Shown here: piece after piece, positions 44,359-48,094 of the stretch
Layout: each line of letters starts with the position of its first letter
Position numbering within the stretch: the first letter of the stretch is position 1
Source of the DNA: an uncultured Gammaproteobacteria bacterium
GTDB lineage: Bacteria > Patescibacteriota > Microgenomatia > Levybacterales > UBA12049
Assembly: GCA_964457405.1 (NCBI GenBank)
Contig: CAYWEP010000002.1
Location: 1-48,094 of the forward strand
Reading direction: 5' to 3'
Length of the DNA: 48,094 bases
Notes under the pieces: generated by a model
The model's input: the letters and a program-made list of their open reading frames with translations, nothing else
Told to the model about the DNA's origin: nothing
The model's database searches: none
Translations under genes and position numbers: made by a program

Positions 44359-45441
44359 ATGAGCATACAAGATTTGTTGACATTAACAATTGATAATAAA
44401 GCTTCAGACCTTCACCTTCTGGTAGGGGTTTCTCCGTCTTTGCGCATTGACGGAGAGCTTCGGGGTCTTCCGAACATGCCGGCACTAACAAGAAACGACA
44501 TTGAAGCGATGATTTTTTCTCTCTTAACGCCCGAGCAAAAAGAATTACTTATCGCAAATAAAGAGCTTGACTTTTCTATCGGATTTGGCGGAGGTTTGTA
44601 CGGGAACGCAGGGAGATTTCGTGTAAATGCATATTTTCAAAGAGGATATTTATCAGCGGCATTTCGCTACCTGCCTCAAAGGATCCGGACAATTGAAGAG
44701 CTTCATTTGCCCACCGTGTGTCACCGTTTTGCGAATCTGAAGCAGGGGTTTGTCCTGGTGACCGGGCCGACAGGGCATGGAAAATCCACAACACTCGCCG
44801 CGATTCTCAGTGAAATCAGTACAACAAAACCATCCCACATCGTCACAATCGAGGATCCGATAGAGTATATTTACCCAACAGGAAGCAGTATTATTTCACA
44901 AAGAGAGATGGGCGCTGACACGCATTCATGGGCTATGGCGCTTCGCTCTGTGCTCCGCGAGGATCCAGATGTTGTGCTTATCGGTGAAATGCGAGATCCT
45001 GAAACAATGCAAGCGGCTATGACGATTGCCGAGACAGGTCACGTTGTATTTGCGACCCTCCATACGAATTCCGCGTCGCGGACGATCGACAGGGTCGTCG
45101 ACTCGTTTCCCGATTACCAGAGAACACAGATACGTACGCAGCTCGCATCGTCCCTTCGCGGTATCATCTCACAACGTTTGTTACCGGTCATAGGCGGCGG
45201 CATGGTGCCTGCGGTTGAGATACTGCTTTCAACCTCGGCGGTAACGAGTAATATCCGCGAGGGAAAAACCCATCTTATTGACTCTATTATTCAGACCTCA
45301 AAAGATGTCGGGATGATGACGATTGAAGAGTCTTTGGCGCAACTAGTTATGGCGGGAACAGTAACGCTTGAGGATGCCAAACGTTATGCGCTGCAGGAAG
45401 ATTCATTCCTGCGCATGGTTGGACGAACGCCGACGAAGTAA
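44359..45441 (+). CDS. pilT: Twitching-motility/retraction ATPase (PilT family)
   Basis: ASDLHL, the Walker A GPTGHGKSTT, GEMRD, ETGHVVFATLHTNSA and AVEIL. The ATG at 44359 is preferred over the TTG at 44332. Confidence 0.85.
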   Translation: MSIQDLLTLTIDNKASDLHLLVGVSPSLRIDGELRGLPNMPALTRNDIEAMIFSLLTPEQKELLIANKELDFSIGFGGGLYGNAGRFRVNAYFQRGYLSAAFRYLPQRIRTIEELHLPTVCHRFANLKQGFVLVTGPTGHGKSTTLAAILSEISTTKPSHIVTIEDPIEYIYPTGSSIISQREMGADTHSWAMALRSVLREDPDVVLIGEMRDPETMQAAMTIAETGHVVFATLHTNSASRTIDRVVDSFPDYQRTQIRTQLASSLRGIISQRLLPVIGGGMVPAVEILLSTSAVTSNIREGKTHLIDSIIQTSKDVGMMTIEESLAQLVMAGTVTLEDAKRYALQEDSFLRMVGRTPTK

Positions 45442-45450
45442 GAGTACCAT

Positions 45451-46659
45451 ATGAAGCTTTACTACAAGGCCGTTTCGGAAGATGGAGAAATGTATCGAGG
45501 TTTCCTGGATGCAAAAAATCCCCGGGAAGCTGCGCTGTTTATCCGCCAGCGAGACCTTATTCCGATAATGATCGAAGAAGAATCAAAAACAAATCTTCTT
45601 ATCCTTTTTCGTCGGAAGAGCCAGTTCGGCGCAAGAGATCTCACGTTTTTCACGAGACAACTTGCCTCCATGCTCTCATCCGGACTGACGCTTATGCAGT
45701 CTCTGAACATTCTGAAAAACGAGGTGCAGAATCCGTATAAAGCCGAGGTCATCCAAAAAGTCATTGAAAATATAGAAGAAGGAAAACCCTTTTATATTGC
45801 ATTGTCAAAATACCCGAAGATATTTTCTGACATTTACATTATGGTCGTTAAGGCGGCTGAGGAATCAGGGCTTTTGGATAAAGTACTCCTCCGTCTTGCC
45901 GAAACGCTTGAAAAGCGCGAAAGACTAAAAAGCACCATACGGGCAGCGCTTGTATATCCTGCGATTGTACTCGCGCTTATGGTAGTTGTCATCATAATCA
46001 TGATGGTTTTTGTTGTTCCGCAGCTGACTGTCTTTTATAGTAATTTTGAAAATCTTACGCTCCCTCTTACAACACGGGTTGTTATCGGGCTTTCAAATTT
46101 CATGATCACGTTCTGGCCAATTCTTTTAGGCGGCATAGTGCTTTTCCTCTACCTTTTTAAAAAATGGTATGCAACGAGAGACGGGAGACTGCTCACGGAC
46201 CGTTTTATCCTGATAGTGCCAATCGTTGGAAAATTGATAAAAGAATCGATTATGGCAGATTTTTCCCGCACATTCGGCCTTATGGTCGGTACGGGCTCGC
46301 TTGTCGTTGATTCCTTGCAAAAAACCGCAGATACTATTGGAAATCATTTGTACAAGAACGCAATTTTGGCAGTATCTCAGAAAGTCGTTAGAGGTGTTAC
46401 CATAGGTAACGCAATGGCAAGCACTCCCCTTTTCCCTGCTGTTCTCGTCGAGATGGTAAAAATCGGTGAGCAAACAGGAAAATTGGACGAGTCGCTCATC
46501 CGGATTTCAGAATACTACGAGCATGAGGTTGATCAATCAATAAAAATACTTATGACTGCCTTGGAGCCAGCGATCATTATCGCGCTGGCAGTAGGCGTAG
46601 GCTTTCTCCTCTTTGCTATTTTGACACCGCTGTATAATATACTCTCAGCGCTGCAATAG
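45451..46659 (+). CDS. pilC: Type IV pilus platform protein (PilC/GspF family)
   Basis: 402 aa with two GspF-type repeats, three TM segments and the motifs FTRQLASMLSSGLTL and FSRTFGLMVGTG. Confidence 0.85.
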   Translation: MKLYYKAVSEDGEMYRGFLDAKNPREAALFIRQRDLIPIMIEEESKTNLLILFRRKSQFGARDLTFFTRQLASMLSSGLTLMQSLNILKNEVQNPYKAEVIQKVIENIEEGKPFYIALSKYPKIFSDIYIMVVKAAEESGLLDKVLLRLAETLEKRERLKSTIRAALVYPAIVLALMVVVIIIMMVFVVPQLTVFYSNFENLTLPLTTRVVIGLSNFMITFWPILLGGIVLFLYLFKKWYATRDGRLLTDRFILIVPIVGKLIKESIMADFSRTFGLMVGTGSLVVDSLQKTADTIGNHLYKNAILAVSQKVVRGVTIGNAMASTPLFPAVLVEMVKIGEQTGKLDESLIRISEYYEHEVDQSIKILMTALEPAIIIALAVGVGFLLFAILTPLYNILSALQ

Positions 46660-46672
46660 TATTCTCGAAGGG

Positions 46673-46701
46673 TTGACAAAACGAAGCAAAACTGATGTAC
46701 T
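46673..46701 (+). promoter_or_regulatory. Candidate internal promoter for the pilin gene, TTGACA-N17-TGTACT
   Basis: -35 at 46673-46678, which is the TTG the ORF track used as a start. A weak -10 lies at 46696-46701. The SD-like AAGGA at 46709-46713 precedes the ATG at 46721. Confidence 0.3.
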
Positions 46702-46720
46702 AAGCAAGAAGGAACGAGAA

Positions 46721-47245
46721 ATGAAGTCTCGAATAAACAACCAGCATTTGACATTTGAAATTGGAAATTGGAAATTTGATATTCCCCGCCTCAGCGGGAC
46801 TGGCTTTACTCTGATTGAGCTTCTTATTGTCATTGCGATTTTAGGTATTTTGGGAGTTGCAGTCCTTGTCGGTATCAACCCTGTTGATAAAATTCGATCG
46901 GCAAATGACGCGAAAGTGATTCATGATATAGGGACGATTGCAGGCGCTACAGAATCGTACGCTGCAACGCACGATGGCATCTATCCTGATAGCATCACAG
47001 AACTTGTAACATCCGGTGAGCTAAAGACAGAGCCGATTCCCCCATCCGGATATAACCCACCGTCAAATAAATACAATTTTGTTCAGGTTCCCAACCCGTG
47101 CAGCGCAACTATTACATGCGAAAATGCAATTATCTGGATGAATTTAAAGTCACTGAAATATAAAAACAATCCGAAGCATGTCTATGATTCGGAAACAGGG
47201 AAAACGTGTGACGTTGCTGACAGTACAGACCCAGCGTGCCCATAA
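46721..47245 (+). CDS. Type IV (pseudo)pilin with a class III signal peptide
   Basis: ...RLSGTG|FTLIELLIVIAILGILG. The Gly-1/Phe+1/Glu+5 prepilin peptidase site gives a 28-aa leader from the ATG at 46721. There are four C-terminal Cys residues. Confidence 0.75.
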   Translation: MKSRINNQHLTFEIGNWKFDIPRLSGTGFTLIELLIVIAILGILGVAVLVGINPVDKIRSANDAKVIHDIGTIAGATESYAATHDGIYPDSITELVTSGELKTEPIPPSGYNPPSNKYNFVQVPNPCSATITCENAIIWMNLKSLKYKNNPKHVYDSETGKTCDVADSTDPACP

Positions 47246-47269
47246 AAATTGACTAGGGTAATATGAGAG

Positions 47270-48037
47270 ATGTTTTTATTTCTGCTTTTCGTATTTGGTC
47301 TTTGTGTTGGTAGCTTTTTGCTTGTTCTCGCAGACAGAATCCCCCGTGGCGAGCCTATTTTTCTCGGTCGGTCTCAATGTGACAGTTGCCGAAAAACGCT
47401 TTCGTATAGAGATCTCGTCCCCTTTTTCTCATTTATCGCTTTGAATGGAAAATGCCGGTATTGCAAAAAACCATTATCCCTGTACTATCCCATGGTTGAA
47501 TTATTAACAGGCATTTTATTTGTCATAACGTATTTGATGGTTGCGAAGGAGAGTATCAAGTATGGCGAATTTGCTTTTTTTCTTTTTATCGTTAGCGTAT
47601 TGATCGTTATTTTCTTCACGGATCTTAAGTATGGTTTAATTCCTTTTGTCGTGATATTTCCCGCCATTATTCTTTCGTTTTTATACGTAATACTTAATAC
47701 GCAATACGCAATACCAAACCGCCTGCTTTCCGCTCTCGGTGCTGCGGGATTCTTCTTGGCTATTTTTCTTATAACCCGCGGTCGCGGGATGGGGTTTGGC
47801 GATGTCGTGCTAGCGTTTTTTATGGGGGTACTACTCGGCTTTCCCGGGATTGTGGTCGCTCTCTATGTGGCGTTCTTGACAGGCACGATCGTATCTCTCA
47901 TACTGATTTTAGGAGGGAAGAAAAAATTCTTCGGAAGCACGATTCCCTTTGGGCCGTTCCTTATCCTTGGGACATTTATTAGTTTGTTTTGGGGAGAGAT
48001 GATCGTTGCGTTTGTGCTGCCATATATAGGACTATGA
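47270..48037 (+). CDS. pilD: Prepilin peptidase (A24 family, PilD-like)
   Basis: The N-terminal CDSC...CRYC zinc-binding motif, polytopic topology and two Asp-containing segments (FFTDLKYGLIP and GMGFGDVVL). Confidence 0.85.
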   Translation: MFLFLLFVFGLCVGSFLLVLADRIPRGEPIFLGRSQCDSCRKTLSYRDLVPFFSFIALNGKCRYCKKPLSLYYPMVELLTGILFVITYLMVAKESIKYGEFAFFLFIVSVLIVIFFTDLKYGLIPFVVIFPAIILSFLYVILNTQYAIPNRLLSALGAAGFFLAIFLITRGRGMGFGDVVLAFFMGVLLGFPGIVVALYVAFLTGTIVSLILILGGKKKFFGSTIPFGPFLILGTFISLFWGEMIVAFVLPYIGL

Positions 48038-48043
48038 CGAAAA

Positions 48044-48071
48044 AATTTCAAATTTCAAATTTCAAATTTCA
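48044..48071. repeat. Four perfect tandem copies of the heptamer AATTTCA
   Basis: Read directly from the sequence, immediately after the pilD stop. It belongs to the same satellite family as 11358-11388 and 11757-11853. Confidence 0.85.
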
Positions 48072-48094
48072 AATAAATACCAATAATTGGAAAT

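Overview
This is a 48-kb, AT-leaning, gene-dense bacterial window. It has no rRNA genes and no CRISPR array. Its content suggests a reduced CPR/Patescibacteria-type genome, which is my inference and not proven: a compact pilB-pilT-pilC-pilin-pilD block, a short holB, an intein-bearing gyrA, an H+-PPase, many small hypothetical membrane proteins, and short palindromic repeats that invade coding regions.

Gene order:
- Partial ddl, an alpha/beta hydrolase, maf, a RAYT-like Y1 transposase bracketed by inverted REP-like hairpins, and tRNA-Leu(CAA).
- A NIF3-like gene, efp, an MFS transporter, an Lgt-like membrane protein, an RluA-family pseudouridine synthase, a LytR_C protein, a TPR protein, yebC and a multi-pass membrane protein.
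- A 1.07-kb ORF-free gap between convergent genes.
- Trehalase, transaldolase, a Xer recombinase and a SIMPL protein.
- An accessory-looking cluster at about 16-25.7 kb: a Crp/Fnr regulator, three thiolase-fold condensing enzymes, a FabZ-like hotdog protein, two SDR reductases, a PlsC-type acyltransferase and a two-HKD PLD-family enzyme. No acyl carrier protein is visible in or beside it.
- pyrC-carB-carA-pyrB, folD, gyrA, hppA, gyrB, holB and the type IV pilus block.

Two observations stand out:
1. The ACP-less FAS/PKS-like plus lipid-assembly cluster.
2. A family of short palindromic or REP-like elements, related to the hairpins flanking the RAYT gene. They sit in frame inside essential genes (folD, carA, carB, pyrC, gyrA, rluD-like, yebC and the pilin leader), in two cases flanked by 11-12 bp direct repeats.

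All functional calls rest on motif recognition by eye. No database search was run.
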